Assembly (NCBI RefSeq): GCF_035084215.1 | Contig: NC_090370.1 | Span: 10,914,001 to 10,978,000, forward strand | DNA: 64,000 nt | Direction: 5' to 3' | Origin: Heptranchias perlo | Lineage: Eukaryota | Shown: positions 10,811 to 24,100 of the stretch, piece by piece | Numbering within the stretch: the first letter of the stretch is position 1 | Layout of the letters: each line of letters starts with the position of its first letter | Notes under the pieces: generated by a model | Told to the model about the DNA's origin: nothing | The model's input: the letters and a program-made list of their open reading frames with translations, nothing else | Databases searched by the model: none | Position numbers and translations under genes: made by a program

Positions 10811-13607
10811 TATTTTCAATACTCACATTAGGCTTTCTCTTCCTTTTAAACAGCCTCAGGTCTCTTACTTCATTGTGACTATCAATAGACTGATAGATAA
10901 TGGAACTACTGAGTTGTAACCATCGCCTCGCTCCTCCCTATCTCTGTTAACCTCCTCCAGCCCTATAACCCTCGGAGAACTCTGTGTTCCTCCTGTTTCC
11001 TTTGCCTCACCATTGGCGGCCGTGCCTTCAGCTATCTAGGCCCTAAGCTCTGGAATTCCCTCCCTAAACCTCTCCGCATCTCTCTCCTTTTAAGATGCTC
11101 CTTAAAACCTACCTCTCTGAACAAGCTTTTGGTCACCTGTCCTAATATCTCATGTGGCTCTGTGTCAAATTTTGTCTGATAATGCTCCTGTGAAGCACTT
11201 TGGGACGTTTTACTACATTTGCAAGTTGTTGTTGTAACACATGAGCTAATTTCAGAGGTGTAACCAGTATGAGGATTTGAGATGGGGTGGCGGACATAAA
11301 CTATGCTATAGAATTTGAGGGAGGGTAACATATCGTTCCCATTCCTCTCCCCCACCAACCAACCCGCCCCCCCCCCCCACAATGGGTTGAGTTGAATCTG
11401 TTGCTCATTGTGGGAATGAATGTTTTATACGTTATGTCGCCCTTGGGAATTCAGTTGAAAAAAGTTTTTTTCATTTTTAACTGCTAAAATAATACCAATT
11501 TATTTAACAGCTAGCTTCACACCTTCCTCTCACCACCGCCCCCACCTGCTTATCTCACAATCTTGATCTCTCCTTTAGTGCTCTCTTCTCCCATCTCATC
11601 CCTCATCCAAAGCCACACCAATAAAAGACTGCTGGTGTAATTATTCATTAGATTACTCTGGCATGCATTTTTCCAGTGAACCACAAGCTAAGACTGAGAA
11701 GGCACACACAGCATTAGCCTGGGGGCACGAATCTAAACTTTTTCAAATTATTTTATACTTAGCAGATATGAAAGAACCATTGAAAAAAAAAATGAAGCCT
11801 TAATGCACTTTTTAAATACAAATAAACTCCTTTTTCCATTATATCCCAATGGAAGGTCAAACCCCACTCCCAACTGAAAAACAATGAGACATTTGAAAGG
11901 ACCACTATTTTCTGGTAATTTTTTTTGCCAGATACTCGATTAAGCTTGTACACAGAGGGCCACTGTGTCACAAGTAGATTTGCCACCTGAACTGGGCAGT
12001 GAGCAGTCTGAAAATTTCTAGAATATAAATCGTATATCCAAAATCAACATTTTTCAACTCTCTCCTATGCTCGGTGATGTGCAGACATCCATTATTAATT
12101 TGTGGGTTCAAGCCCCACTCCGGGACTTGAGCACATAATCTAGGCTGACACCTTCCATGCTGTACTGAGGGAGCGCTGCACTGTCAGAGGTACCGTCTTT
12201 CAGATGAGACGTTAAGCCGAGGCCCTGTAAGATCCCATGGCACTATTTTGAAGAAGAGCAGGGCAGTTCTCCCCGGTGTACTGGTCAATATTTATCCCTC
12301 AACCAACATCACTAAAACAGATTATCTGGTCATTTATCTCATTTGCTGTTTGCGGAATCTTGAAGTGAACAAATTGACTGCCATATTTGCCTATGAAACA
12401 GTGACTACACTTCGAAAAGTAATTAATTGGCTGTCAAGCACTTTGGGATATCCTGAGGTCTTGAAAGGCACTATAGAAATACAAGGTTTTTCTTTCTTAA
12501 AGGTTGTCAATGAATTTTCATCAGTAGCAAAGCAAACATCAGAGCTCAACCCTTGATCCCACCCTCTGCCCCACACCTAACCTGCCCCCATCTGGTGTTG
12601 AACTTGGGAAAAGAAAGCAACCCTAATCACAAGCAGTGGACCATCTGGTGCTGTAAATATTTTAACTATATAATTCCAAGAACAACCCACCCAAAAAATG
12701 AATTTCACATTTTGTGCCGCAATAGACATCATGCCTGTCAATCATAGAATCTTACAGCATAGAGGGAGGCCATTCGTCCCATTGTGCCTGTGCTGGCTCT
12801 TTGAAAGAGCTATCCAATTAGTCCCACTCCCCTGCTCTTTCCCCATAGCCCTGCAAATTTTTCCTTTTCAAGTATTTATCCAATTCACTTTTGAAAGTTC
12901 AATGTTGTCAGTTATCCTAACAATCAACATGCCACAAGTTTGAGTGAAATGCTAAGTACAGGCTGTTCCTTGCTCTTCTAGAAAATTTGCCTGCCCTGGC
13001 GTCGTCTTTCCGTAGATGCAAGGATGTTTTATAGATTGCATCTGTAGTGCTACCTCAATGCTTTGATTTTCGGTCCTATATTTACTTGTTGCAATAGGTG
13101 TCCTCAAAAATGACCAGAATTTTAAACTTGGGGCAAACTCAGACTTCGCAAAGTCTTAACATAGAAGACAGTACACCGTTTCTGCCCCCCTCCCCCCCTC
13201 CCCCACCTTGTTCTATCAACTCTCAGAAGGTTATGGGACGGGTCACAGCTGGGAAAATGCTGCATGGAAGATCAAAGCTGAGATGGTGGGACTGTGTACG
13301 GGAAAACCTGAATGGAAGAGTGACAACAGGCAGACAGCTGCAACAGCCAGCAGAGAGGAGAGTGTGCTGGCAAGGATTTGTCACAGATAGCCTGGTTATG
13401 GCAACTAACCAACTGACTCTTCATGCTCTAAGCTATAACCTGTGACATAGGGGGAACTGTACCTTACCAAATGTACTCCTGCAAACCATTTTATGAACAA
13501 ATTCCAATTTCCATATGACAACTGTCATTCTGCTTCGGAACTATTGTAGAACATACAAGATTCATATCTTCATCTTGTTGAATTACCAACAAACGGGAGG
13601 ACACAAT

Positions 13608-13759
13608 GGGGGTAATTTTGACTTTGTGCGATAATGTAAAACGGCCGATAGAAATAGAACGGGTGAAGTCACTAGGAATAAAAATCGGGAGAGATGTAAA
13701 CGGGCTGCCGATTCGTTATCATCCGTTTTACACTATCGCACAGAGTCAGAATTACCCCC
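13608..13759. mobile_element. MITE, Harbinger-type (3-bp TSD)
   Basis: ~37-bp imperfect TIRs GGGGGTAATTTTGACTTTGTGCGATAATGTAAAACGG / CCGTTTTACACTATCGCACAGAGTCAGAATTACCCCC; TSD AAT. Confidence 0.85.
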
Positions 13760-13799
13760 AATCATTGTTAAAATAAGGTTCAAGAAATTGATCAAATAC

Positions 13800-14612
13800 C
13801 TTGAAGAAACCTTTGCATCCTTCACAGGTTCGTACACCGTAATGTTGGCATGAAGCATTATCTCCACACACAGCACACTGGCCCTCACTGGAAGGGGGAT
13901 TACGAACCGGTGGAGAGGGGATGGGATTGTCTATTACAATGGGACTGTCCAAGATCCGCGGTCCATGGTCCATGGATAGAGCAGGAAAATTCATTGAGGC
14001 ATGATTGGTGACATCATAAGACATGGTGTCAACTAGTTGGTGGACAGTATTAGGGCCATGGGAACTTGCATCAAGCCTCATGTGGCAATGTGGCACAGGA
14101 GACTCTGAAGGTAACTGTTTAAAGGAAAAGAATGAAAGTTGGGAAACGTTTTTTTGTTGCTCTAATAAATGATCCATCTCACTATATTGGAGTGAGTGAT
14201 GAGGAAAAGAATCATCCCATATGGACATTTGCTGCATTTGAAAACCAGGGGTTGAAGGTGATGGGATGGAGCAAGATCCATTGTAGTATTGAGAAGATCC
14301 ACATTGAGGTATCACCTCTTCTAAATGCATGTTGATTGAGCCTGGGTAACAGCCAAACATTTGAACGTCCTCCACTTTAAATGGAGACTGCTGGTTGGAA
14401 AGCATCAATTGGTACAAATAGGCATCAAAGTCTCCGTTGTTGCTGTTGATGAAAGTGTTGAAACTGGGTAGAGAGGTGGTGGCAGCGATCTCAGTGGTGG
14501 AGAGGTCCATTCCAAACTTGACAAACTCAGGAGTCAAGAAGTCAGAATTGTAGTCCTCATATGGTCCTCCACCTTGTGGCAAGGTCCCATATTGTGCCTG
14601 AAGGCAAGGCAT
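13800..14612 (-). CDS. nr4a1: NR4A1/Nur77 first coding exon (A/B domain + first zinc finger), 271 codons
   Basis: [10 protein letters not shown]...LTPEFVK...LPSFNTF...[11 protein letters not shown]-terminus and [26 protein letters not shown] (NASC is NR4A1-type; NR4A2/3 have NAAC). Acceptor tttctttttcag|AG ATG (exon starts 14614); donor AAG|gtattt after 13800. Confidence 0.95.
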
Positions 14613-16547
14613 CTCTGAAAAAGAAACATATTAAAACCTATTCAAGTTAGAGGGTATTTTGGTCTTCCTTCACTTGTCTTGCATCTTGCACTACTTAATC
14701 AATACAGAATATACACGAGATGGATGTCTAGTGATGTATTGTAACATTTTTATTTTACCTCCAAAGTCAGAGATCAATTCTCCAAGATGGCAGAGTGTTT
14801 TTATATATCAAAACTACTCTAAATTTGACAGCGGGTTATTCAAACTGCCAAGACCACTGGGTGGTGGAATAGTTCTATCTTGCACTGAGTGATACCTTCA
14901 AGGCAATATGGTACAGGCCGGATGTAGCAAACAGATCTACATTTATTGCCTGAGCTCCTAACCTCGGCCCTTTCTTTCCATTGATTATTGTCTATTATTA
15001 TGATATTTTTGGCTCTGTATCCAAAGATTAGTGTGTTGAATCTAAGCTGGGCATTTTTTGAGTCTGGACCCAAGACCTCCCTTATTGGAAAATGGGTGTA
15101 AATTAGCACCCTTACCAAACATCGAAGAAGAACCTTTAAATACTTATGGCCTATAGCTCAGGCAGGTCCCGGCTTGACTAGCTGGTTGGTGTTGAGTTAA
15201 GTGATCTCAGTGGGAAGTAATGGTACATTGTGCCTGAGCTAGAAAGGGGGGGAAAAAAAATCACCCAGGGTACCCACTTCTGATAGCTATCCAGTGACTC
15301 CTGCTGAAATGTTTGCGTCCGTGGGCATTGGTTGAAGGCAGAATCTAGGCCTCAGCTGTGCTATCCTTCATGGCTCAGCTCACACACTGAACAATGATCT
15401 GTTGGGTGAGCTACACGTGCTGGCACCTTCAGGAGAGGAGGAGGAGGAGGAGAGAAAATTGGAGGGAGGATAAACGCTTATTGATCTGATATGCTGTCTT
15501 TTTTTTTAAAATAGTGACTCGATTCATGTTTTGCATGTAGCCTCAAATAAATCGAACGTAACAGGACACGAGGCTGCAATCCAAGCAGTTGTGTTGGCCT
15601 TATGACAGCAGACATTCTAAGCGCATATAAGTGGCCATTTGTCATCACATTTTATATATATATATTTTTTTTTTAAAAAATTGAACCCCGTATCATGTTC
15701 TTTGAGCAAACTGATAGCTGCTGCCACCATGGGATTTTTTTTCATATTTTTATAGGAAAATTTTTTTTAAATGTGTTTGTCTTTGAATTTGCACCATACA
15801 ATGCTGTGAAAGTGGTCATTGCTAAATTTTACATCAGGTTTCTTGTAAACAGTTAACTTAAACACAGGAACAGGAGTGGGCCATTCAGCCCCTCGAGCCT
15901 GTTCCACCGTTCAATTAGATCATGGCTGACCTGTATCGTAACTCCATTTACCTGCCTTGGTTCTGTAACCCTTGACTTGTGTTAGGCAAGAGTATTATCA
16001 ATCTCAGTTTTGAATTTTCAATTGACCCCCAGCCTCAACAGCTTTTTGGGGAAAGAGTGTTCCAGATTTCCACTCCCCTTAAAGCAGGTTTTTTTCTCCA
16101 ATATCGTATTTCTGGATTTAGGTTAAAATCAACATTTCTTGGGTACATTCATCAATTGTGTGCCCCCAGCAGAGAGTCGTAGTCGAAGAGAGTGGGTATC
16201 GGAGAGAAAGCAAAACACAGTAAAACTAATTCTCTAACCCTTGCTCCCTTTGAGTGTGGTTCTACAAGTAGGATGGGTAAATGACCTCTATTTTTGAAGA
16301 AAGAAATTAAATAAAATTTGTTCTCTTATATAGAAATGTCCTCTCATGCATTCTAAGAGTCAAGGCACTTCCCTTCCATTTGATAGCTGTTTTTACTCTC
16401 CTTTTATCTTTCTAAAGCTTTTTTACCATCTGACTAAAATGATCTTTATACAGTGTTCAGTTCTTTCCAGCTTTAAAAAAAAATCTTGCAGGTTATTAAA
16501 CCCAATCACAACTTAAATTTTAAAGGGACTCGGTTTTCTCCTAGTTT

Positions 16548-16655
16548 CCAGTTCTGACGAATGGCCCACACCTGAAATGTTAACCCATCTTTCCTGTTTC
16601 AGGTGCTGATGGACCTCTGTGTATTTCCAGCATTTTCTGTTTTTTTAATTTTAGG
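16548..16655 (+). mobile_element. Old Penelope terminus with hammerhead remnant (similar decayed copies ~25895-25980, ~32620-32720)
   Basis: GTT-CTGACGA-ATGGCCCACACCT-GAAA-TGTT-AAC...tgtatttccagcattttctg, homologous to 63818-64000. Confidence 0.6.
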
Positions 16656-16859
16656 TTTCCAATAGAGTGACTCACCATAGAATTACTACCATTGGCACTG
16701 ATATATATCTTAAGAAAAAAAAATATGAAACTTCAACAAGAGCCAGCATCTTCAGGAGAAAACTGGGAAAAATTAAATTTCAAACTTGTTCTCCTAGAAA
16801 ACACAAGGGGCGCTTATAACTAACATTAGGTATTTACTCAAGATATCCACTACAAACGT

Positions 16860-17380
16860 ACGAACATACAAAAATGTCAGACAGGAAAAGACCAGCTTGT
16901 CCATCCAGCCTGTCCCATACAGTTGTGATGCTTTATGCTGCAGGTCAAGAGACTCCCTGTCCACTAGGTACCATGTAGTCTCCTGGGAGAGCCAAAAAAC
17001 GAGATCAAAAACCCATGGCCAATTAGGGAAAAAATCTGGAAAATTGATCTCCGATCTCTCTAAGCGACACCATGGACTGTGACTTATTATTTGGTACCTG
17101 CTTCTTGTATGGCATGATCTCCACCCCAGCCAGGATCTGGTCCAGCTCTGTCTTTAAGGTACACAGTGTATCAGCACTCACGGCACAAGCCTGTTCCACA
17201 GGTCTACTATTCTCCGGGAGAAGAACTGCCAAACATCTATCCTATTTTTTTCCCTTGCGTCATGTATACTGGTCCTTCCCAACCCAACACTCGCCCAAAT
17301 CTTCGTCTCATCCGCAAACTTGCAAATCATTCCCCCAACACCTCCATCTGGATGTTGATTACCCAACAATATTGATCAAG
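16860..17380 (-). mobile_element. Old CR1-like fragment with internal deletion
   Basis: ICKFADETKI next to FFSRRIVDLWNRL. Confidence 0.6.
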
Positions 17381-18813
17381 TAAAATCAAATGTGATAGCA
17401 ATACTGTCTGGTCGCTTGAGCCCCAAGAACACAATAGAATGGAGAGGATACTTCATTAGTGTGTCTATTTCTGCAGTGCTTGGACCTCCTGGAGTTGTAC
17501 TGGCTGCCAAAATATGAGCTTATGCTCCAGTAACAACTCATGTTCCTTTTCCCCGTTCTCTCGAGCAATAACTGAGATAAACACGTACACCAACAGCAGA
17601 CACTTATTCAGACCAAAAAGAGAATAATGTGAGTCGCATGGGAGCAAACCTCATGTCCTTCTAGTCCCACTGATCAAACCCATTTCTGTTATCTTTGGAC
17701 CAAACTGCACCAACTTGGCTCAGTTGCTAACAGAATGTTGTCCTATGCGGGGCTCGCACCCACGTCATCCCTAGGCCGACACTCCAGCCTCGCACTTTGT
17801 TGTCAGAGGTGTTGTCTTTCGGATGAGGTGCTAATCCACAGCCTAATTTGCTTGTTCAGATGGGTGTTAAAGATCCCCCCTCACCCCCTGGCAGCATTGG
17901 AAGAAGAGCAGGGGAGCTCTCCTGGTGTCCTGACCAACACTCGTCCCTCAATCGACACCACAAACAGATTAAGCGTTCATTCACCTCATTGCTGATCCTA
18001 TGATCTTGATGTGCAAAAAAAAATGGCTGTCGCCTTGCCCGTATAAGAACATTCACTGCACTTCAAATTAATTCTGATATTGTTATGATGTGATAAGGCA
18101 CTATATAAATTCAAATATTACATTTAGATACAAGTATTATTCACTTGAAAAGATGATCTGATTTTCTGATAACCCATCCCCACCTCCCAGAATCGAAGGA
18201 GGGAGGAGCGTTAAGGTGCCATGGGTTTACTCCCCGAGGGCATGGTTCCAATTCCTGCTGTACCAGTGTGTGGGAGGTGGCAAGCGGAGGAAATTCAGAA
18301 AAACTGGAAAGCAAAAAAAAACTGGAGAGCCAGTTTTTACTGAAAAAAACTCAACGAGTTTTCAGACTAAGTACAGCACCTGGCATCTCTTACTGCACAA
18401 TAGTTAATCATGGACTCCATTCCACCCACTGAAAGTAAGCAAGCCGCTTCTGGCAGGGTCTTAATGCTGTATGCTTGACATAAATTGCAGCAGGATCTGA
18501 CAAAGCCATAACTAGCCTGTTCTGATAAAAAGCTCTGTTTGTACGAGGATTTCAATAAAGGATAAATGGACTAAAATAGGCAACTTGACGATCACAACCT
18601 AACGAGCAGATATTTCACACAAATGTGTTTCTCTTTTTCAGTGCGCTCCAGGTGAGATTGAACAGTGCCTTGGCTATACTTAGCGTTAAAGAACAGGTAG
18701 TCGTAACAGATTTTTGTGGTTAAACCATGTCTGTTATTCTGTACAAGGGTACGTTGGAATTATAAAGTGATATTAGCCATGTAGTAGACTCTTTGTTCTG
18801 GTTTCTAATTGTG

Positions 18814-18828
18814 GTGCCACCTGGTGGT
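18814..18828 (-). promoter_or_regulatory. Candidate CTCF site in intron 1
   Basis: ACCACCAGGTGGCAC closely matches the CTCF core. Confidence 0.5.
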
Positions 18829-21394
18829 ATCTCATAGCTCTTGCAGGATGGTATTAAAGGGAATTTCCCTATTCTTACAGTGCTACCCAGCAACTGAAAG
18901 GCACCTGTTGCTTGTCCTATCTGTTTAATGAGGATATTTGCTGTAACATTGATTTACAGTCTTTAATGCAGTGTTTGTAAACAGAGATAACTATATAAAG
19001 GGAACCTTTGACCCATGATAAATGTGAAATACATCTTATTGAATTGTCACTTAATCCTAAGTGTTATGCAGGGAGATCTTTTATATACTTACAATGTGCT
19101 TGCTCCCGTTTGTTTAACTCTAAAACTGCTGGTTGTAACTACTCTGGGAGCAGACAACCTTGTGTAGACCCCAACCCTGCGACAATGGCCAGTTCTTCCC
19201 CAGAAGCGTGCTGCCAACAGTCCCATCATCTGATTAAAGAGGTCCCCTGCAACTTTGTGATCGCAAAGTTAAGTTCGGTTCACTTGAATTTTTTTTTAAA
19301 TTTTACAGCACAAGTTTTTCATTTCATTTCACAATTGCAAAGACAACGAAGATTTTTTTTTAAATGGAAAAGGGAGCAAGCGCGGCTTTTAAAAAAACTA
19401 AAGGCACAGAACAGCTGGGCCTTAATGTGCCATTCTGAGTGTTGGGTTACCCCTTTAAGATGGCTCTTTGTTATCTGAATCATCTCCAAAAAATGGAGGA
19501 AGACGGTCCCTTGGCAATAGCAAAAGTAAACAGTGGATGGCTTACTGCATGGGCAGCCAAAATATCAACTTAGATGCCTTTTTTTGGAGGGCATAATACA
19601 TGATAAACTTGATATGCTGAACTGACAAGTACTAATAACTCTCCCCTATCTTAAAAAAAAATCAGATTGCAAGGACCTCTTGCCTAGTGCAACATTCATT
19701 ATAGAACAAGTTACTAGATAGATATTAAACAGTGGTGAGCCATTAGCTGTGAGTGGCTTTTACTGTGGTTTCTTAGAATATGTCACACTGACTCATGTCT
19801 AATGACGATTGACAGATCCTCTTCCCTTGCCATTAGAGAGCACTGCAGGTTTCAGTATGGAATTGTTTATACGTATTCCTAATACATCATTTTAAAACAT
19901 TCCTCCTCCTTGCAAGCTCGCTGGGTTGAAATGAAAGCTCATTGCACCATAATCTACACTTTAATTATTTCCCAAACTCTCAAAACTGTGGGACTCCTTA
20001 CTTTCCTCAATCTTCTCGTCCTCCTACAATCTATTGGCTTCTAATAGCTAATCACTACTTCTCGATTTACCTCATCTCTTACCCTGTTCAACATTAGCAT
20101 GGCTTTGGCCTTTCATCTAGGTTTCTTAATTAAAAAAAAAATCTAGGGGCTATAAAGGAAAATTACAGATGGGGAACTCCACTTAAGCCTAGAAACAAAT
20201 CCTGATGAATATTTCTGAATTGGGTGGCTTGCAATTCAGTGTACATCAGATCTGTGGCACTCTCTTCACTGGGTAAGTGTTTCCAGTCCTGCCTGGTACT
20301 GTATTTCTAGCACACCTTGTGAAAGCCCTGAAGCATAGTCCTTAAAAAGCCAGTTAGTCGCACCTAGTGGAAGAATATCAATACTGCATATTTTTGTTCC
20401 TTCCTCACCCCTGCCAATTTTCTCCCCATCTCTCCTCTCCTCTCCTGGAAAATTGCATATGTGTGGACATTGGATAAAGGCAGGACTGTGCTGGGCCACG
20501 ATGCTCCTCATGGTTGAATATTCTGCCGCCATTCACACCATGAGGAATGGCCGCTTGGGTGTGATATTGGCGGACAGCCAACACCAGCGGAACAGTTCAC
20601 CAGCAAGAGTCAGTGCCTTAATGGAGGGGAGGGAAGAAAATAAAAAAGAACCATCATTGCGAACCCGGAGCATGTGTCGGGACTATGGCAAAGCTCCAAC
20701 CTGCACCCACCCCCGACACCACAAGTATAGTTCCTCAAAGACTTTTGGTTCTCCCAGGGGTCGCCAGGGTTGAATTTGCAAAACTGTATTACAGTAGCAT
20801 CCTGTTTTTAATGCAGACCAATGTGAAACCTGCCACCGGGTATCACTGTGGCTACCTACACGAGGTCACTCCTCGCCATGCCAACAAGAAGCGCGCTTCC
20901 TAAGAAAAGGCCTTCAGAAAGGGTTAATAACCTGGCCTGTGACTGGCTGGTAGCCTGCCAGTCATGGAGGTTGGAAAACAATGTTAATTTGAGCCAGATC
21001 AGTGAAAGCATTTTAGATATTCTGCACTGACCCCCTTGGCTGAGGTTCCCCTTTAACTGCTATATAATCTGATGTACACGTTCACGCAGATTCTTCTATC
21101 TTCTCAACGCATGGAGATGACTTATACATTGATGCAACTTCTACACCAGAGTTTATGGTGCTTTGGAATACAGCACTGTGTACACCTCACACACAAAATG
21201 GGACAGTACCAGGGGGTTAATGAAAGCGGGTCACCCGTGACCTGGTAACCCATGACTGATCGAGCTATCGAGTTATGTAGGTCAGGTCAAGTGTGAGACA
21301 GTTTCTCTTCTGGCTGCCTGCTACAACCATCATGAAAATGCTAGTTAGTGTTTCATTCGTTTAAAGACACTTGCGTTGAAAAGATAGGTCTCGC

Positions 21395-21890
21395 TCTGCT
21401 GCCCGTATCCTAACTCGCGCCAAATCCCATTCCCCCATCACCCCTGTGCTCGCTGACCTACGTTGGCTCCCGGTTTGGCAACACCTCAATTTTAAAATTC
21501 TCATCCTTGTTTTCAAATTCCTCTATGGCCTTACCCCTCCCTATCTCTGTAACCTCCTCCAGCCCTACAACCTTCCGAGATCTCTGCACTCCTCCCATTC
21601 CGGCCTCTTGCGCATCCTCAATTTTAATCGCTCCACCATTGCCGGCCGTGCCTTCAGCTGCCCAGGCCCTAAGCTCTGGAATTCCCTCCCTAAACCTCTC
21701 CGCCTCTCTACCTCTCTCTCTCTTCCTTTAAGACACTCCTTAAAACCTACCTCTTTGACCAAGCTTTTGGTCACCTGTCCTAACATCTCCTTCAGTGGCT
21801 CGGTGTCAAATTTTGTTTGATAATCGCTCCTGTGAAGCCCCTTGGGATGTTTTACTACGTTAAAGGCGCTATATAAATGCAAGTTGTTGT
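21395..21890 (+). mobile_element. L2-type LINE 3' fragment; copies ~10920-11240, 24828-25045(-), 40978-41374, 50865-51655, 57048-57275(-)
   Basis: LADLRWLPV...FKILILVFK...GRAFS...PKLWNSLP; tail GGCGCTATATAAATGCAAG(TTG)n. Confidence 0.85.
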
Positions 21891-23559
21891 TTTGTTAGAC
21901 ACATTAGTATTTTGTGATAATTACAGATTCTATACATTATGAGCTGGAGGCAGCAGAGTCATGGCAATGTGTTCGAAGCCCCAGTGAGGGTTATGTAGAG
22001 TGAGAGGACACAGGCTTAGGCCCCCTGTTTGCCAGGGAGGCAAGGTACCAATCTCAGCTGTCCCATCAAGGAGAGGCGCTGAGTGAATTCCGGGCATTTC
22101 CCACACAAGGAAGGGAAAAGTCATAGTAGCCAGTTATTCCTGAGCTACTCTCACACTCCTCCTCATGGCTGCACTGGTGAAGAGCTTGGAGCAGGTTTCT
22201 AGCCTGTCCTCTTAGCTGGGGGTATGGGGAGGGGGTGGTGAGGGGGTTTGGTGCTGAAGGACTGTGAAGAAAACCGACACAAAATGCAAAATAAGAACTA
22301 CAAATACCTCCTGTGCGTCAAGATCATGAAATAAGAAATTAAATATTTATGCACGTGTGGAACATAAACACTGGCATAGACCAGTTGGGCCAAATGGCCT
22401 GTTTTTGTGCTGTAGACTCGACGTAACTCGATGACATCGCAAGTCAAAGTGTCAGATTTTGTTATTGGTGCCAATCAAAGGTATTAAACAGAAAGATAAT
22501 CATTCCTGATAGTTTATCTGCCCTTAGGGAGGAGCCTTCAATTTACAAACAGCTGCCAATCTACAGAGAAACAATTACCTTTAATTGACCTCAAGATATG
22601 CCTAGTACAACTTGTGGCTTTAAAAAGGGACATGGCTGCACTATAGCAGCAGAGTAATATTCTGCGTGTTACATGATATTTCTCTCCCGTCTCACCAGAA
22701 GCACCATCACGGGTGATCGACTAGCATCTTAATACTGTACTGAAAGAAAGCAGCTCCACGAGCTTGCTGGCTAAACGCACCTTCTGGTCCGGTGCTAAGC
22801 CACGCAGACTAGGAGGGTCCCAAGTCCGCCCCTCAGTCTATACTGAATCAGCTGGTCTCAGCCCAGGACTGCACTGGTGTAGGACTAGCTGCACTATAGT
22901 TGGTCTCAATGCCCCTAGAGTGAGCAAGGGGGAAAAAAAATATGAACTGGGATTTCTGCTCCTGATTATTATCCAGCAACCTCCGTTGGAAAAGCATATG
23001 CGTGGAAGATGTTAAGTGAGGACAGGATCAGACTGTGATGCCCCCTGTGGTGGAATGGCCCATCGACACTCACTGCCTGTGCTCACACATGAGGAATGGC
23101 CACTTGGGTTAGGGACAGCAGGACTGCTGGCACCCGGGGAACCATACTCCAGTAAGGGGGCAATTACTTTGGGAGGGGTCAGGTGGAGAAAATTGGCAAT
23201 CTTTTTTTAAAAGCAAGGGAGCACTCCCTCAGTACAGCACTGGGAATGTCAGCCTAGATTATGTGCTTAAGTCTCTGGAGTGGGGTTTGAACCCACACCC
23301 TTTCTGACTCAGAGGCAAGAGTGCTACCATTGAGCCACACTGATTCATGGAGCTTGTTATCGACTTTAAAGGGGAACTCATACATGCAAAGGTTTGTTAA
23401 ACTGTGGAATGTATTCCCACAGGTGAGGCTGAGAAAATTAGACAAGAACTTGAAGTGGAAACAAATGAGAAATGGTGTTAAATGTAGTTAGCTCCAACGA
23501 GGAGCAGGTATAGGCATGATGGGCAGAATCGTCCCCTTCTGTGCCAAAATTTCTATTAC

Positions 23560-24100
23560 ATCGAATTTACAGCACGGATACAGGCCATTCGGCCCAACTG
23601 GTCCCTGCCGGTGTTTATGCTCCACACGAGCCTCCTCCCACCCTACTTCAACTAAACCTATCACCATAACTATTCCTTTCTCCCTCATGTGTTTATCTAG
23701 CTTCCCCTTAAATACATCTATACTATTCACCTCAACTATTCCTTGTGGTAGTGAGTTCCACATTCTCACCACTCTCTGGGTAAAGAAGTTTCTCCTGAAT
23801 TCCCTATTCGATTTATTAGGGACTGTCTTAAATTTATGGCCCCTAGTTCTGGACTCCCCCACAAATGGAAACATTTTCTCGACATCTACCCTATCAAACC
23901 CCTTTATAATCTTAAAGACCTCCATCAGGTCACCCCTCAGCCTTCTCTTTTCTAGAGAAAAGAGCCCCAGCCTGTTCAATCTTTCCTGATAGTTATAACC
24001 TCTCAGTTCTGGTATCATCCTTGTGAATCTTCTTTGCACCTTCTCCAGTGCCTCTATATCCTTTATATAATAGAGACCAGAACCGTTTGCAGTACTCTCC
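23560..24100 (-). mobile_element. CR1 3' fragment (same subfamily at ~30130-30530, 49748-50033, 22355-22430)
   Basis: ALEKVQRRFTRMIPEL...RRLRGDL...FFTQRVVRMWNSLP. Confidence 0.9.

Noticed and set aside
13752..13799. C-terminal [15 protein letters not shown] of the 286-aa ORF
   Set aside because: Intron read-through past the conserved GFFK|gt donor.
19008..19478. 156-codon plus-strand ORF in intron 1
   Set aside because: TTG start, no recognisable domain, no splice support.
22217..22250. G-quadruplex-like G runs (also ~63131-63161; C20 at 26081-26100)
   Set aside because: Common low-complexity tracts without supporting context.
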